Positions 9,742 to 20,757 of a DNA stretch of 64,000 bases are shown in pieces (within the stretch, counting starts at the first letter, position 1; each line of letters begins with the position of its first letter). The stretch is from an uncultured bacterium (GTDB taxonomy: Bacteria > Patescibacteriota > Minisyncoccia > Phycocordibacterales > DATDWN01). The translations under genes were made by a program, and so were the position numbers. Location: assembly GCA_963727715.1 (NCBI GenBank), contig CAVSGX010000007.1, positions 36,688 to 100,687 of the forward strand. The letters run 5' to 3'. The notes beneath the pieces were generated by a model. The model saw nothing but the letters and a program-made list of their open reading frames with translations, was not told the origin of the DNA and searched no databases.

Positions 9742-9823
9742 ATATAATCTCCCCAGCTTTTCCACTTATTTTGCACTTTTTGGCAAGTGGCGGAGAAATT
9801 TTCCGATGTGATACAATCCTGAT

Positions 9824-11215
9824 ATGCCTCAATCCACCTCCTCACAATCAATCATCTCTCGCTTGCGTATGCCACCGCAAAATCTGGAAGCGGAGATGGC
9901 TTTCCTCGGCTCGGTTATGCTTCGGCCGGAAGCGCTTTATGATGTCATTGACACAGTTACGCCGGATTCTTTTTACTCGGACAAGCACCGCATCATTTTT
10001 GAAACAATGCTGGAACTTTGGAGCAAGCACCAGCCGATTGACCTTTTGTCCGTTTCCTCGCGTTTGTCTGAAAAAGGTTGGTTGGACCAAATCGGTGGCA
10101 ACATTTACCTGACCGAGCTGGTTAATGTCGTGCCATCGGCCGGCAACATCGCTCACTACGCCGGCATCATTCAAAAAAAACACATTATGCGTCGGCTGAT
10201 TGAGGCTTCGGACCACATCAATCAAATCGGTTACGACGAAATTTTGGAAATGGAAGAAGCTTTGGACTCGGCCGAGAAAAAACTTTTCGAAGTAACTTCC
10301 ACTCACGGCTCGCATAAATTCACTCCGCTCAAAGACGAACTCTCGGAAGCGTGGGAAAGGTTGGATCGCCTGCACAGCTCGGAATCAACTTTGCGTGGTG
10401 TGCCGACCGGTTTTGCCGAACTAGACAACAAACTTTCCGGTTTGCAAAAATCCGATTTGATAATTTTGGCCGGACGGCCCTCGACCGGCAAAACTTCGCT
10501 GGCATTAGACATCGCTCGTCAGACAGCTGTGGCTCACAACACTTCGGTTGGAATTTTCTCGCTGGAAATGTCATCGCAACAATTGGTTGATCGTATGCTT
10601 TCGGCTCAAGCCAATGTTGACGCTTGGAAAATGCGCACCGGCAAACTGTCGCGACAGGACGACTTTGAGGCCATCCGCGAAGCTCTGGACAAACTTTCCA
10701 AAGCGCCGATTTACATTGACGACCAGCCGGGCAACAACATTTTGAAAATGCGCTCTGTCGCCAGACGGCTGAAAAGCGAGCACGGACTCGGCCTGATTAT
10801 CGTGGACTACTTGCAACTGATGGTGCCGACCCAAACCAGAAACGACAATGTCGTCCAACAAGTGACCGAAATTTCCCACTCGCTGAAAAACTTGGCCCGC
10901 GAACTGGATGTGCCGGTTTTGGCTCTGTCGCAACTCTCCCGCGCTGTGGAGTCGCGTGGCGGTCGGCCACGTCTTTCCGACTTGCGCGATTCCGGTTCAA
11001 TTGAACAAGATGCCGACATTGTGATGTTTATTCATCGCGAAGACAAATACAAAGAAGCCAGCGAAAAAACAAATGTTGCTGAGATTTTGATTGAAAAGCA
11101 CCGAAATGGCGAGACCGGCAAAATTGAACTTTTCTTCAACGACAAAAAAGCCACATTCCAGAGTTTAGATAAATCAAACTTTAGTGGCGCCGAAAAGGAG
11201 TTTACAGATTTTTAA
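9824..11215 (+). CDS. dnaB: Replicative DNA helicase DnaB
   Basis: N-terminal DnaB domain (PPQNLEAEMAFLGSVM). Walker A (GRPSTGKTSLAL). RecA-like C-terminal domain. Confidence 0.9.
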   Translation: MPQSTSSQSIISRLRMPPQNLEAEMAFLGSVMLRPEALYDVIDTVTPDSFYSDKHRIIFETMLELWSKHQPIDLLSVSSRLSEKGWLDQIGGNIYLTELVNVVPSAGNIAHYAGIIQKKHIMRRLIEASDHINQIGYDEILEMEEALDSAEKKLFEVTSTHGSHKFTPLKDELSEAWERLDRLHSSESTLRGVPTGFAELDNKLSGLQKSDLIILAGRPSTGKTSLALDIARQTAVAHNTSVGIFSLEMSSQQLVDRMLSAQANVDAWKMRTGKLSRQDDFEAIREALDKLSKAPIYIDDQPGNNILKMRSVARRLKSEHGLGLIIVDYLQLMVPTQTRNDNVVQQVTEISHSLKNLARELDVPVLALSQLSRAVESRGGRPRLSDLRDSGSIEQDADIVMFIHREDKYKEASEKTNVAEILIEKHRNGETGKIELFFNDKKATFQSLDKSNFSGAEKEFTDF

Positions 11216-11248
11216 CGACGCAAATTTCATTTTGTAATGATTTTTTAC

Positions 11249-11254
11249 TATAAT
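11249..11254 (+). promoter_or_regulatory. TATAAT -10 box 6 nt upstream of the recR ATG (leaderless-type arrangement)
   Basis: tactataat-cacctt-ATG. No SD. Confidence 0.35.
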
Positions 11255-11260
11255 CACCTT

Positions 11261-11878
11261 ATGGACTCCACCGACAAACTTATCGAACTCTTTAAACAAT
11301 TCCCCGGCATCGGGCCACGACAAGCTAAACGCTTCGTTTATTTTTTGCTAACTCGGCCAAGCGGTTATACAGTAGAACTTTCCAAACTAATCAGCGAAAT
11401 AAAAACAAATGTTGTTTGTTGCGACGAATGTTTTAGATTTTTTGCAAAGAATGGCCACCCTTCCGACACCTGCCCGACATGCCTCGACAAAAATCGAGAC
11501 GGCAAATTGCTGATGATTGTTTCGCATGATGTTGATTTTGAAAATGTGGAGAGAACCGGAAGTTTCAACGGCCACTATTTTATTTTGGGAGGCGCAGTGC
11601 CTATTTTGGAAAAAAATCCGGAGAAAAAAATCCGCCAAAAAGAACTTTTGAAAACAGTTGAGAAAAAAATAAAAAACGGTTTGCAAGAAATCATTATCGC
11701 CTTAAATTACAACCCCGAAGGTGAAAACACTCTAACCTACGTTTCGCAAATTCTGCAACCATTGTCTGAAAAACACAAAATTAAAATTTCCACTCTCGGT
11801 CGTGGCCTTTCCACCGGCACTGAGCTGGAATATTCCGACTCCGACACCATCAAAAACGCCCTGAAAAACAGACAGTAA
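11261..11878 (+). CDS. recR: Recombination protein RecR
   Basis: HhH motif (FPGIGPRQAKRFVYFLL), C4 zinc finger (CCDEC...CPTC), Toprim domain. Confidence 0.9.
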   Translation: MDSTDKLIELFKQFPGIGPRQAKRFVYFLLTRPSGYTVELSKLISEIKTNVVCCDECFRFFAKNGHPSDTCPTCLDKNRDGKLLMIVSHDVDFENVERTGSFNGHYFILGGAVPILEKNPEKKIRQKELLKTVEKKIKNGLQEIIIALNYNPEGENTLTYVSQILQPLSEKHKIKISTLGRGLSTGTELEYSDSDTIKNALKNRQ

Positions 11879-11929
11879 ATTGATTTGCTTTTTGTTTTGG
11901 AATATGTAAACTTAATTGCGGAGAAGACA

Positions 11930-12166
11930 ATGCTGTTTCCAAAACCTTTAGATCCTCTTCAAAAAAAAGAGGTCTTGAGAAAAGTAAGAGAAGAAAAAAG
12001 AAATCTAAAAAGGAAAAAAGAACGGTTTGTTAAAAGAGGTACTGATGTTGGTTTCAGCGCAGAACAGGCAAATCTTTTATATGATCTTTTTGCGGCCAAG
12101 GCCAATAAAACTCACGGGCATGAGAATCTTCAACCCAGAGAAATCATATACGGTAATCAAATATAG
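11930..12166 (+). CDS. Small basic hypothetical protein (78 aa)
   Basis: ORF with a ggaga SD-like sequence upstream. No recognisable domain. Confidence 0.3.
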   Translation: MLFPKPLDPLQKKEVLRKVREEKRNLKRKKERFVKRGTDVGFSAEQANLLYDLFAAKANKTHGHENLQPREIIYGNQI

Positions 12167-12209
12167 TCTGTATCAAAAAGCGCTCCATGAGGAGTGCTTG
12201 TTTTTTTAT

Positions 12210-12527
12210 TTATTTGATGCTCTCTATCAAAACTTTAAACCATGGCTGTCTGTGACCGTTCTTTTTGTAGTAGCGGGATTTTTGTTTGTATTTAACAACT
12301 TCCACCGTTTTATTGCGACCGATCTCAGCCAATGCGCCGAAAACTTTGGCGCCGGAAATATATGGTGTGCCGATGGTGGTGTTTTTGCCGTCTTCCACCA
12401 GCATTACTTTGTCGAAAGTGACTTTATCCCCCACTTTCAAATCACCCTTGATTTTCTCAATTTTAACCGTGTCGCCCTTGGCCACTTTGTATTGCTTGCC
12501 TCCTGTAAATATTATTGCGAATTCCAT
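12210..12527 (-). CDS. rplU: 50S ribosomal protein L21
   Basis: MEFAIIFTGGKQYKVAKGDTVKIEK...KKNGHRQPWFKVLIESI is a canonical L21 sequence. Start reassigned to the internal Met. Confidence 0.9.
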   Translation of the reverse strand: MEFAIIFTGGKQYKVAKGDTVKIEKIKGDLKVGDKVTFDKVMLVEDGKNTTIGTPYISGAKVFGALAEIGRNKTVEVVKYKQKSRYYKKNGHRQPWFKVLIESIK

Positions 12528-12577
12528 AGTTTTGCCATCATACCAAAACCACCCAAAAATGCAAATGAAAACCGAGG

Positions 12578-12895
12578 TCATTGACCCCGGTTGCACGAAT
12601 GGATATTTTCAGGACATATAACGTCCACACCCAAAAATTTGACATAGTTCGGAAACATCGGCGAGCCATCACATTGATAGCAAATCAACATCCCAAACTT
12701 TTCGACTTCCAAAATCTTTTGTCCGATTAAATTCCAATCGTCAGATTTTACCGTCAGGGAATTGTCTTGTTCTACTGAAAAACGAAATCCATATTCTGAA
12801 ATGATGCCGATTATGTTTTGATTATCTAAAATAACTTTCCAATATTTCGATCTCTCATCATCCACCAATTCAAAACGAACCATGCGTACCTCCAC
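12578..12895 (-). CDS. Hypothetical protein (105 aa)
   Basis: ORF only. Weak WGR-domain-like N-terminus (MVRFELVDDERSKYWKVIL); not confident. Confidence 0.3.
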   Translation of the reverse strand: MEVRMVRFELVDDERSKYWKVILDNQNIIGIISEYGFRFSVEQDNSLTVKSDDWNLIGQKILEVEKFGMLICYQCDGSPMFPNYVKFLGVDVICPENIHSCNRGQ

Positions 12896-12931
12896 GACAT
12901 ATCATACCTAAAAAAATGCAAAGTCAAATAT

Positions 12932-13600
12932 TTACTGTACCGTCACTTTTTTCATGACAACCGGTGTCAAAGGTTTGTTATTCAGCGGATCGGTTTTGAC
13001 GACATCAATTTTATCAACCACATCTTGTCCGGAAATGACCTTGCCGAAAATAGTGTAATTGCTCGGCAACGAATAGTCGGCGGCCATAATAAAGAATTGC
13101 GAGCCGTTGGTGTTCGGACCAGAGTTGGCCATAGCCACCACGCCCTGTTTGTAACCAGCTTGATAACTTGGCGTAGCAGGATTGAGCTCATCAGCAAATG
13201 TGTAGCCCGGACCGCCAGTGCCATCGCCTTTCGGATCGCCACCTTGAATCATAAAACCGGAAATAACGCGGTGAAATGTCAGACCATCGTAAAATCCTTT
13301 GCCCGCCAAAGTGATGAAATTCTGCACAGTGTTCGGCGCGTCGGCGTCGTATGTTTCAAAAATGATCGTGCCGTAGTTTGTTTCGATCGTCACTTTGTGC
13401 GCGCCGTTTTTGACCGTAGATGTTGTTGTCGCCGTTGTTGCGGTAGAGGTTGTTGTTGCGTTTTGTCCTGTTGCGCTTGATCCGTTGGCTGGCACAATAC
13501 TGATCTGCGAAACATTTCCACTACCACCAAAAAGATAGTACCCGCCCAAAATCGCCACGATAATAACAAAAAGACTTAAAATAATATATTTTGTATCCAT
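12932..13600 (-). CDS. ppiB: Cyclophilin-type peptidyl-prolyl cis-trans isomerase, membrane-anchored with a Thr-rich linker
   Basis: [15 protein letters not shown]...[19 protein letters not shown] are cyclophilin signatures. N-terminal TM. Confidence 0.85.
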   Translation of the reverse strand: MDTKYIILSLFVIIVAILGGYYLFGGSGNVSQISIVPANGSSATGQNATTTSTATTATTTSTVKNGAHKVTIETNYGTIIFETYDADAPNTVQNFITLAGKGFYDGLTFHRVISGFMIQGGDPKGDGTGGPGYTFADELNPATPSYQAGYKQGVVAMANSGPNTNGSQFFIMAADYSLPSNYTIFGKVISGQDVVDKIDVVKTDPLNNKPLTPVVMKKVTVQ

Positions 13601-13771
13601 TTTATTTTTGAAAAATTATTAATTTTGCCAAATTTGAAACATCAAACTTTCAAATTTGGATGAAATTCTAGGCGGACGAGGAAAATAATTCGAGCCTTAC
13701 TGTGGTAAGGTGAGAATTATTTTGCCGAAGTCCAACAACGAATTTCGCCAAATTTGGAAGTTTTAACTATT

Positions 13772-14857
13772 CTACTCAATTTTGAGAGATTGTCCATTGA
13801 GCAGGATATCAAAACGAACATCACTATTTTTTGGGTGAGCCAGAATTTCTTTCAATACTTCAACCGGCTCATATTGCCCGTCCAGAGCCAAATGAAATGT
13901 GCCAAAGTGAATCGGCACGGCCCGCCTAACGGATAGATCTTTGTACAACCTGACAGCGTCCTCCGGACTCATGTGCATTTTACGCATCATTGATTTTGGT
14001 TTGAAAGCGCCGATTGGCAGAAAAGCCAATCTAAACCCGCCGGGATATTTTTTACGAATTTGGCTGGCAAAAGGTCCATAGCCAGTGTCTGCGGCAAAAT
14101 AAATGTCGCCATGCGGAGTGGAAATGACAAACCCAGCCCAAAGAGTTTTGTTTCTGTCGGTTACAGCTCGCGAGGAAAAATGTTGAGCCGGCACGCATTC
14201 AACCGAAACCGCGTCAGAAACTTTGCGCGACTCTCCCCAATCCATATCTTCGGCACCAGAAATTTTTTTAGCCTGTAAATTTTGACTGTTGCCGAGAGGA
14301 GTCAAAATAATCGGTCTGTCCCGTTTGGAAATTCTTCGCAGAGAAATGATATCCATATGGTCGTAATGGTTGTGGCTCAAAAGTATCAGATCAATCTTCG
14401 GCAAATCAGAAAAGACCACACCTGGAGGCATATAACGCTTCATCCCCAAAAATGGCATCGGGCTGATTCGTCCAGACCAAACCGGGTCGGTTAAAATATT
14501 CAACCCTTCGGTTTGTATTAAAACGGTCGAATGATTCACGAAGGTTACAACAACGGGCTTGCCCAAAACTCTCTCCGGAGGATAGACGGGACCGTCAGGC
14601 AATGGTCTTTTTCTCCAATGATCGGTAAAAATTTTAACAAGAGGAATTGTGCCGAGATCCCATTCCAAAATTTCTCTGAAAGATTTTTTGTCCACATTTC
14701 TGACCCAAAAATCAGGAGAAATGTTGTGAAATTTCCAACCATTAAAATGGTCGGAGATCGGCCCACGGTAACTTTTGGACCGCAAGCAATAATTTACAAT
14801 GACGCAAATTAAAATAAAACTTATGACAAATGTTATCATTTGAGACAATTGTAGCAT
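13772..14857 (-). CDS. MBL-fold metallo-hydrolase
   Basis: HNHYDHMD metal-binding motif. Beta-lactamase-fold layout. N-terminal TM. Confidence 0.7.
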   Translation of the reverse strand: MLQLSQMITFVISFILICVIVNYCLRSKSYRGPISDHFNGWKFHNISPDFWVRNVDKKSFREILEWDLGTIPLVKIFTDHWRKRPLPDGPVYPPERVLGKPVVVTFVNHSTVLIQTEGLNILTDPVWSGRISPMPFLGMKRYMPPGVVFSDLPKIDLILLSHNHYDHMDIISLRRISKRDRPIILTPLGNSQNLQAKKISGAEDMDWGESRKVSDAVSVECVPAQHFSSRAVTDRNKTLWAGFVISTPHGDIYFAADTGYGPFASQIRKKYPGGFRLAFLPIGAFKPKSMMRKMHMSPEDAVRLYKDLSVRRAVPIHFGTFHLALDGQYEPVEVLKEILAHPKNSDVRFDILLNGQSLKIE

Positions 14858-14914
14858 AAATTTTTATGTTACAATATTTTTCAGGCGCGGGTATGGTTTC
14901 CAGGGCAGTAAAAA

Positions 14915-14985
14915 AGCGAGTGTAATTTAGTGGTAGAATTTGTGCTTCCCAAGCACAGAGCGCGGGTTCGATTCCCGCCACTCGC
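14915..14985 (+). tRNA. tRNA-Gly(CCC)
   Basis: Cloverleaf folded by hand: acceptor gcgagtg/cactcgc, anticodon loop ttCCCaa, T-arm gcggg-ttcgatt-cccgc. Confidence 0.85.
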
Positions 14986-15000
14986 ACAAAAAATAAATCG

Positions 15001-15071
15001 GTGGACCTAGGCGGAGTTGAACCGCCGCTTCGGCAATGCGAATGCCGCGTAATACCACTTTACTATAGGCC
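15001..15071 (-). tRNA. tRNA-Ala(CGC)
   Basis: Acceptor gggccta with G3:U70 Ala identity pair. Anticodon loop ttCGCat. T-arm ggcgg/ccgcc. Confidence 0.85.
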
Positions 15072-15075
15072 CTCT

Positions 15076-15149
15076 GTGCATCCTACAAGATTCGAACTTG
15101 TGACCTTGCGAATGTGAATCGCACGCTCTAACCAACTGAGCTAAGGATG
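15076..15149 (-). tRNA. tRNA-Val(CAC)
   Basis: gcatcct acceptor. D-arm gctc/gagc. Anticodon loop ttCACat. T-loop ttcgaat. Confidence 0.85.
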
Positions 15150-15168
15150 CAAATTCCCAAAAGTTATT

Positions 15169-15483
15169 TTATCCGACCATTAGAGCTATCACGATTAACA
15201 AAACAAAAAGGACAAGCCAGCCGAGAGTGGCAAAAAGAAAAATAAAAGCTTCTTTTTTGAGATTGTCCAAGTACAACATAATCGGGCGACCAAAAACCAA
15301 AAGTCCTGTAACAGAAGCCGATATAATAAAAATAAGCAACAAAAATACCGGCACAATAAAATTATTCCCAGTTTGACCGAAAATATCTTGCACGTGTGAA
15401 AAGAACCAGGCCACAGCCGAAACATAGGCCAGAACCCCGCCGGCATTTATAAAACTTTTTAAAATATAATCTGATTTTTTCAT
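15169..15483 (-). CDS. Small integral membrane protein (3 TM), hypothetical
   Basis: Hydrophobic ORF between tRNA genes. Confidence 0.4.
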   Translation of the reverse strand: MKKSDYILKSFINAGGVLAYVSAVAWFFSHVQDIFGQTGNNFIVPVFLLLIFIISASVTGLLVFGRPIMLYLDNLKKEAFIFLFATLGWLVLFVLLIVIALMVG

Positions 15484-15484
15484 G

Positions 15485-15555
15485 TGGACCTGCGGGGAAT
15501 CGAACCCCGACTACTTGAATGCCATCCAAGTGTAATACCGTTTTACTACAGGCCC
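15485..15555 (-). tRNA. tRNA-Ala(GGC)
   Basis: Acceptor gggcctg with G3:U70. Anticodon loop atGGCat. T-arm cgggg-ttcgatt-ccccg. Confidence 0.8.
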
Positions 15556-16235
15556 TCTAATATTATTTTTGGAATCAATTCCAACTCCAATTGTATATCT
15601 GTGCGACCGGTCATTACAACACAAACCCCTTTGTATTTTTTTTGTTTTGTTGGTTTCCCGACGGTTCTTGGATCAGGAATTGTTTTGTAAAAATTTTTCA
15701 ATGGAATCAGGGTTATTCGAGACCAATATATTTCAAGTTTGTTAATATTTTGGTCTGCACGATAACTGATCCTGCATTTCAAATCTTTCGGCTTAATATT
15801 GTAGCATAAATGAAGTAATTGCAAGTATAAAGTAATTATTTCCGGGCTCGAGCTACCTAGTGACAAACCTTTATGAGAATGCCATTTTGATCCTTCACCA
15901 AGATACAAAATGGAGAGTAACATTTTCAATAAATCTCTATCTTTCAGTTTTTTTGCCAAATGCTTATTTTTATCATGCAAACTTGAAAACAATTTTTCAC
16001 GTTTCAACTTACAAGACACCATTGCTATTTTTTGAGCTTTTGAAAGATTTGACTTATTAAGTTTATCAATTTTTTCTTGATATTCAGCGGGCAAATAAAT
16101 ACCACTACACCAGTTTGAAATAGTGCTCTTAGGAACTTTAATTTTTAACTTTTTAGTTATTTCAGAATATGTTAGGCCGGCTGCTCGAAGTTTTTTTGCT
16201 TTATTTATTTTTAATTTATCATACCTGGCTTTCAT
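15546..16235 (-). CDS. HTH plus single LAGLIDADG-like motif protein (putative homing-endonuclease-like)
   Basis: N-terminal sigma-70-region-4-like HTH (KLRAAGLTYSEITKKLKIKVPKSTISNW). LLKMLLSILYLGEGSKWHS resembles a LAGLIDADG motif. The 3' end overlaps the 5' end of tRNA-Ala(GGC) by ~10 nt. Confidence 0.4.
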   Translation of the reverse strand: MKARYDKLKINKAKKLRAAGLTYSEITKKLKIKVPKSTISNWCSGIYLPAEYQEKIDKLNKSNLSKAQKIAMVSCKLKREKLFSSLHDKNKHLAKKLKDRDLLKMLLSILYLGEGSKWHSHKGLSLGSSSPEIITLYLQLLHLCYNIKPKDLKCRISYRADQNINKLEIYWSRITLIPLKNFYKTIPDPRTVGKPTKQKKYKGVCVVMTGRTDIQLELELIPKIILEGL

Positions 16236-16294
16236 ACTATAATTGTACTCCAGTGATTCACCATGTGTAAATACAAAAATGTGGACAAACTGGA

Positions 16295-16657
16295 CTAAAA
16301 ATTCATGTCAGCGTTAATGCCCGCGACTGTGGAGTTGATGTAGCTTTGTGTCCAGACAATTGCCGACCAAATCATGATGACAGTCGACAATATTAAAAGC
16401 ACCCAGGCCACTTCTCCTATCTGTTTGGTTTTTGGGTCGTTTGATTTGAAATATTTCATCCCAGACCAACGGGTGATAAAAAGAAAACAGATGAATGGTA
16501 AGATGGCACTGAAAGCGTAGAGTTTAATCTGCGCGCCAAGCGTCGTGGAAAGCGGAGCTGAATTCAATTTCGTTCCGCAGTTCGGACAGAAATAATAACT
16601 CGACAAAACCGGTTGGTGGCATGTCGGGCAGACATTGGTATTAGAATTTGGTTCCAT
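16295..16657 (-). CDS. Zinc-ribbon membrane protein, hypothetical
   Basis: CPTC...CPNC N-terminal ribbon plus two TM helices. Confidence 0.45.
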   Translation of the reverse strand: MEPNSNTNVCPTCHQPVLSSYYFCPNCGTKLNSAPLSTTLGAQIKLYAFSAILPFICFLFITRWSGMKYFKSNDPKTKQIGEVAWVLLILSTVIMIWSAIVWTQSYINSTVAGINADMNF

Positions 16658-16693
16658 AAATTAATTCTACCAGAGTCAACTGTTTTTGACGAG

Positions 16694-16777
16694 CGGAGGG
16701 TAAGGGATTTGAACCCTTGATGCCTTTCGGCATACGCGCTCTCCAAGCGCGCGCACTAGACCGCTATGCGAACCCTC
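16694..16777 (-). tRNA. tRNA-Ser(GGA)
   Basis: Long variable arm (tatgccgaaaggcatc). Anticodon loop ttGGAga. Acceptor ggagggt/accctcc. Confidence 0.8.
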
Positions 16778-16799
16778 CTAAAATAAAATTTTCGGCAAA

Positions 16800-17288
16800 T
16801 TATTTCCGCAATTTTAAAATTTTTTCCACATCGCGAATTTCGCCCCAGATGCCGTCTATCAAATCATATTTTTTGGCCTCTTTCAATGTGGGCCAAGCGA
16901 ATTCCACTGCGTCCTCGTCCAACTTCACTTTGCCGGAAATAAATTTGGCGAAGTAGCTGAAAACAATAACCGGTATACCGTCGGGACGAATGAATGTCAG
17001 TTCTAGCAAAAATTCCGGCTTGCCGATCTTCAGGCCGACTTCTTCTTTGATTTCGCGCAGGAGAGATTTTTGCAAAGCCCTGTACCACTGCGGAGCGCCT
17101 TTCGTGCTCGGCTTATCGTTTATGTAGTCGTCGGTAGTCAGTCCCCCGCCCGGCACTGTCCATTTGTTCGGATGCACTTTTTTGTGCGGAGCGCGCTTGG
17201 TCAAAAGGTAGCGGAAACTGGATTTGTCTTTTTTCCAGATAATCGTTGTCGTCACAATACGATGCAATTCTTTGTCTTTGATTTCCAT
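16800..17288 (-). CDS. NUDIX hydrolase
   Basis: Nudix box GGx5Ex7REUxEExGU (GGGLTTDDY...ALQKSLLREIKEEVGL). Confidence 0.8.
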   Translation of the reverse strand: MEIKDKELHRIVTTTIIWKKDKSSFRYLLTKRAPHKKVHPNKWTVPGGGLTTDDYINDKPSTKGAPQWYRALQKSLLREIKEEVGLKIGKPEFLLELTFIRPDGIPVIVFSYFAKFISGKVKLDEDAVEFAWPTLKEAKKYDLIDGIWGEIRDVEKILKLRK

Positions 17289-17332
17289 GGTTTTAGATTA
17301 AATTCTAATTGTTGAATTATATATCACAAAAC

Positions 17333-17360
17333 AAAAAACCACCAAGTGGTGGTTTTTTGT
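17333..17360. terminator. Hairpin terminator downstream of groEL
   Basis: aaaaaaccaccaagtggtggtttttt. Confidence 0.7.
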
Positions 17361-17363
17361 TTT

Positions 17364-19178
<1,815 letters not shown>

Positions 19179-19182
19179 AATT

Positions 19183-19578
19183 TTATTTCAGTATTGCCAG
19201 TATATTTTCTTCCTTTATTAAATAATATTCCTCACCACCGACCGTCACTTCGTCATAGCCGTATTTGGAAAAGGCCACCGTGTCGCCGATATTTACAGAG
19301 ACCGGCACGCGCTTGCCGTCCTTCCATTCACCTGCCCCAACGGCAACAACTTTGCCCTGCTCCGATTTTTCCTTGGAATCCGTGTCTGGCAAAATGATGC
19401 CAAAGTTGCTTTTCTTTTCCAATTCCTCTTTGGTGAAAGGTTTGATCAAAACCCGACTGCCCAAAGGCATAATTTTTGATTTGCCGGTCTGGGATTTTGC
19501 TGAAAGATTTTTAATGGCCTTTTTAGCCGGTTTTGACTTTGTTTTTTTTGTTGGCTTTTTCATCATTTTTTTCTTCAT
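19183..19578 (-). CDS. groES: Co-chaperonin GroES with a Lys-rich N-terminal extension
   Basis: PLGSRVLIKP...GIILPDT...GKVVAVGAG...IGDTVAFSKYG are GroES signatures. Confidence 0.9.
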   Translation of the reverse strand: MKKKMMKKPTKKTKSKPAKKAIKNLSAKSQTGKSKIMPLGSRVLIKPFTKEELEKKSNFGIILPDTDSKEKSEQGKVVAVGAGEWKDGKRVPVSVNIGDTVAFSKYGYDEVTVGGEEYYLIKEENILAILK

Positions 19579-19639
19579 TACAGTTTGTGTTAGCTATTAA
19601 GTGTTGAAAGTATATGTATTTTCCGGTCTGTCGTCAAAC

Positions 19640-19668
19640 TTGACAAAAAATATGAGATGTGATAGACT
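19640..19668 (+). promoter_or_regulatory. Sigma-70-type promoter TTGACA-N17-TAGACT driving the GC-rich orphan ORF
   Basis: Near-identical promoter at 24521-24549 (cttgacaaaaaat...gtgata.act). Confidence 0.55.
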
Positions 19669-19740
19669 ACGATAAGAATCGACCTGTGGAACGGACTGGG
19701 CGAGCAACCCTACCTAATTCCCGGCGATAGAAGGGGAAGT

Positions 19741-20301
19741 ATGTCAGTCAATGTGTACCTCAAAAACGAAGTTCGTAATCTCGATGGATTTGTCCTCGGG
19801 AGCACGGATAACATGGGTCGCTACACGAGCAGGACCAAATTCAAGGGTGTAATTCTCTCCGAGGAGGGTGATCGACTATACCTCGGCATCCACAGCGAAA
19901 ATCAAGAAGTCCCGGAATGCCTCGCAGACATGGTCGAGGAGATCAGTGTGTGTGACTTCTTTTGTCCGAATCGTGGAACTCGCGAAACGGGTATCTACCG
20001 GCATAACTCGGCTGAAGCCGAGCTGGAGGTCGGGTGTGATAGCCGACAGTTGCGATTCAACATTCACATTCGGAGCAAGAAAATGAGCGATGTTCGCGAA
20101 CTGCTCCGTCTGATCAAGATCGGCGCGATTCGACCAAACGAGAGTTATGAGGGAAGTCAGCAGGGCAAGTCCCACCGACAACTCGAAGACGAACTTGCTT
20201 CTGTGAGACAGTTCGTCAACGAACTGGTTCGGGGAAAGATATTCTTTGTCCGGGCAGCCTACATCGTCAGGCGACTCAACCAGATTTTCAACAGCAAGTG
20301 A
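19741..20301 (+). CDS. Hypothetical protein (186 aa), GC-rich (~52%) orphan gene
   Basis: Compositionally foreign ORF. Own promoter and strong GC hairpin terminator. No recognisable domain. Confidence 0.5.
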   Translation: MSVNVYLKNEVRNLDGFVLGSTDNMGRYTSRTKFKGVILSEEGDRLYLGIHSENQEVPECLADMVEEISVCDFFCPNRGTRETGIYRHNSAEAELEVGCDSRQLRFNIHIRSKKMSDVRELLRLIKIGAIRPNESYEGSQQGKSHRQLEDELASVRQFVNELVRGKIFFVRAAYIVRRLNQIFNSK

Positions 20302-20342
20302 CGGATACGTCCGTCGGGGCGCGACCTAGTCGCGCCCTTTTC
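20300..20342 (+). terminator. Tandem GC-rich hairpin terminator
   Basis: gacggatacgtccgtc followed by gggcgcgacctagtcgcgccc, then a T-run. Confidence 0.7.
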
Positions 20343-20383
20343 CATTTGCAAAAAATTTAAATTCAAGTATACTTATCCTCACT

Positions 20384-20614
20384 ATGACTCCGATTCATAT
20401 CGTTTCTGTCTTTCAAATCGTATTGGCAGTGCTCCTCATCTGCGGAGTGCTTTTGCAGCAATCCGAAGCGGGCCTCGGTGGAGCTTTTGGCGGTGGCGAC
20501 GGTTTTTCCTCGGGTCACCACACCAAACGTGGAGCGGAAAGAACAATATTTATTGCTACAATTGTTATTTCAGTATTATTTGCTGTCAGTTCCATAAGTC
20601 TACTATTATTGTAA
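20384..20614 (+). CDS. secG: Preprotein translocase subunit SecG
   Basis: 76 aa. Two TM helices separated by a Gly-rich loop (LLQQSEAGLGGAFGGGDGF). Confidence 0.75.
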   Translation: MTPIHIVSVFQIVLAVLLICGVLLQQSEAGLGGAFGGGDGFSSGHHTKRGAERTIFIATIVISVLFAVSSISLLLL

Positions 20615-20616
20615 AA

Positions 20617-20745
20617 GAATTAATCTAATTTCTAATTATTCTAATTTCTAAATAAATCCCAATACCCAAAAATCAAAATCTTGGTCATTGGGATTTGGTG
20701 CTTGTTTAGAAATTAGGTTAATTAGGTTAATTAGAAATTATTATT
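20617..20745. repeat. AT-rich palindromic intergenic repeat, family 1 copy C (upstream of the SBP gene)
   Basis: aattaatctaatttctaattattctaatttctaaataaatcccaatacccaa ... ttggtcattgggatttggtgcttgtttagaaattaggttaattaggttaattagaaatt. The arms are reverse complements of each other. Confidence 0.75.
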
Positions 20746-20757
20746 TCTATTATCTTC

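Noticed and set aside
12027-12584. 185-aa plus-strand ORF
   Set aside because: Antisense to ribosomal protein L21.
19579-19640. CIRCE/HrcA operator upstream of groES
   Set aside because: Looked for TTAGCACTC-N9-GAGTGCTAA. Only a partial ttagtgct inside repeat B. No convincing match.
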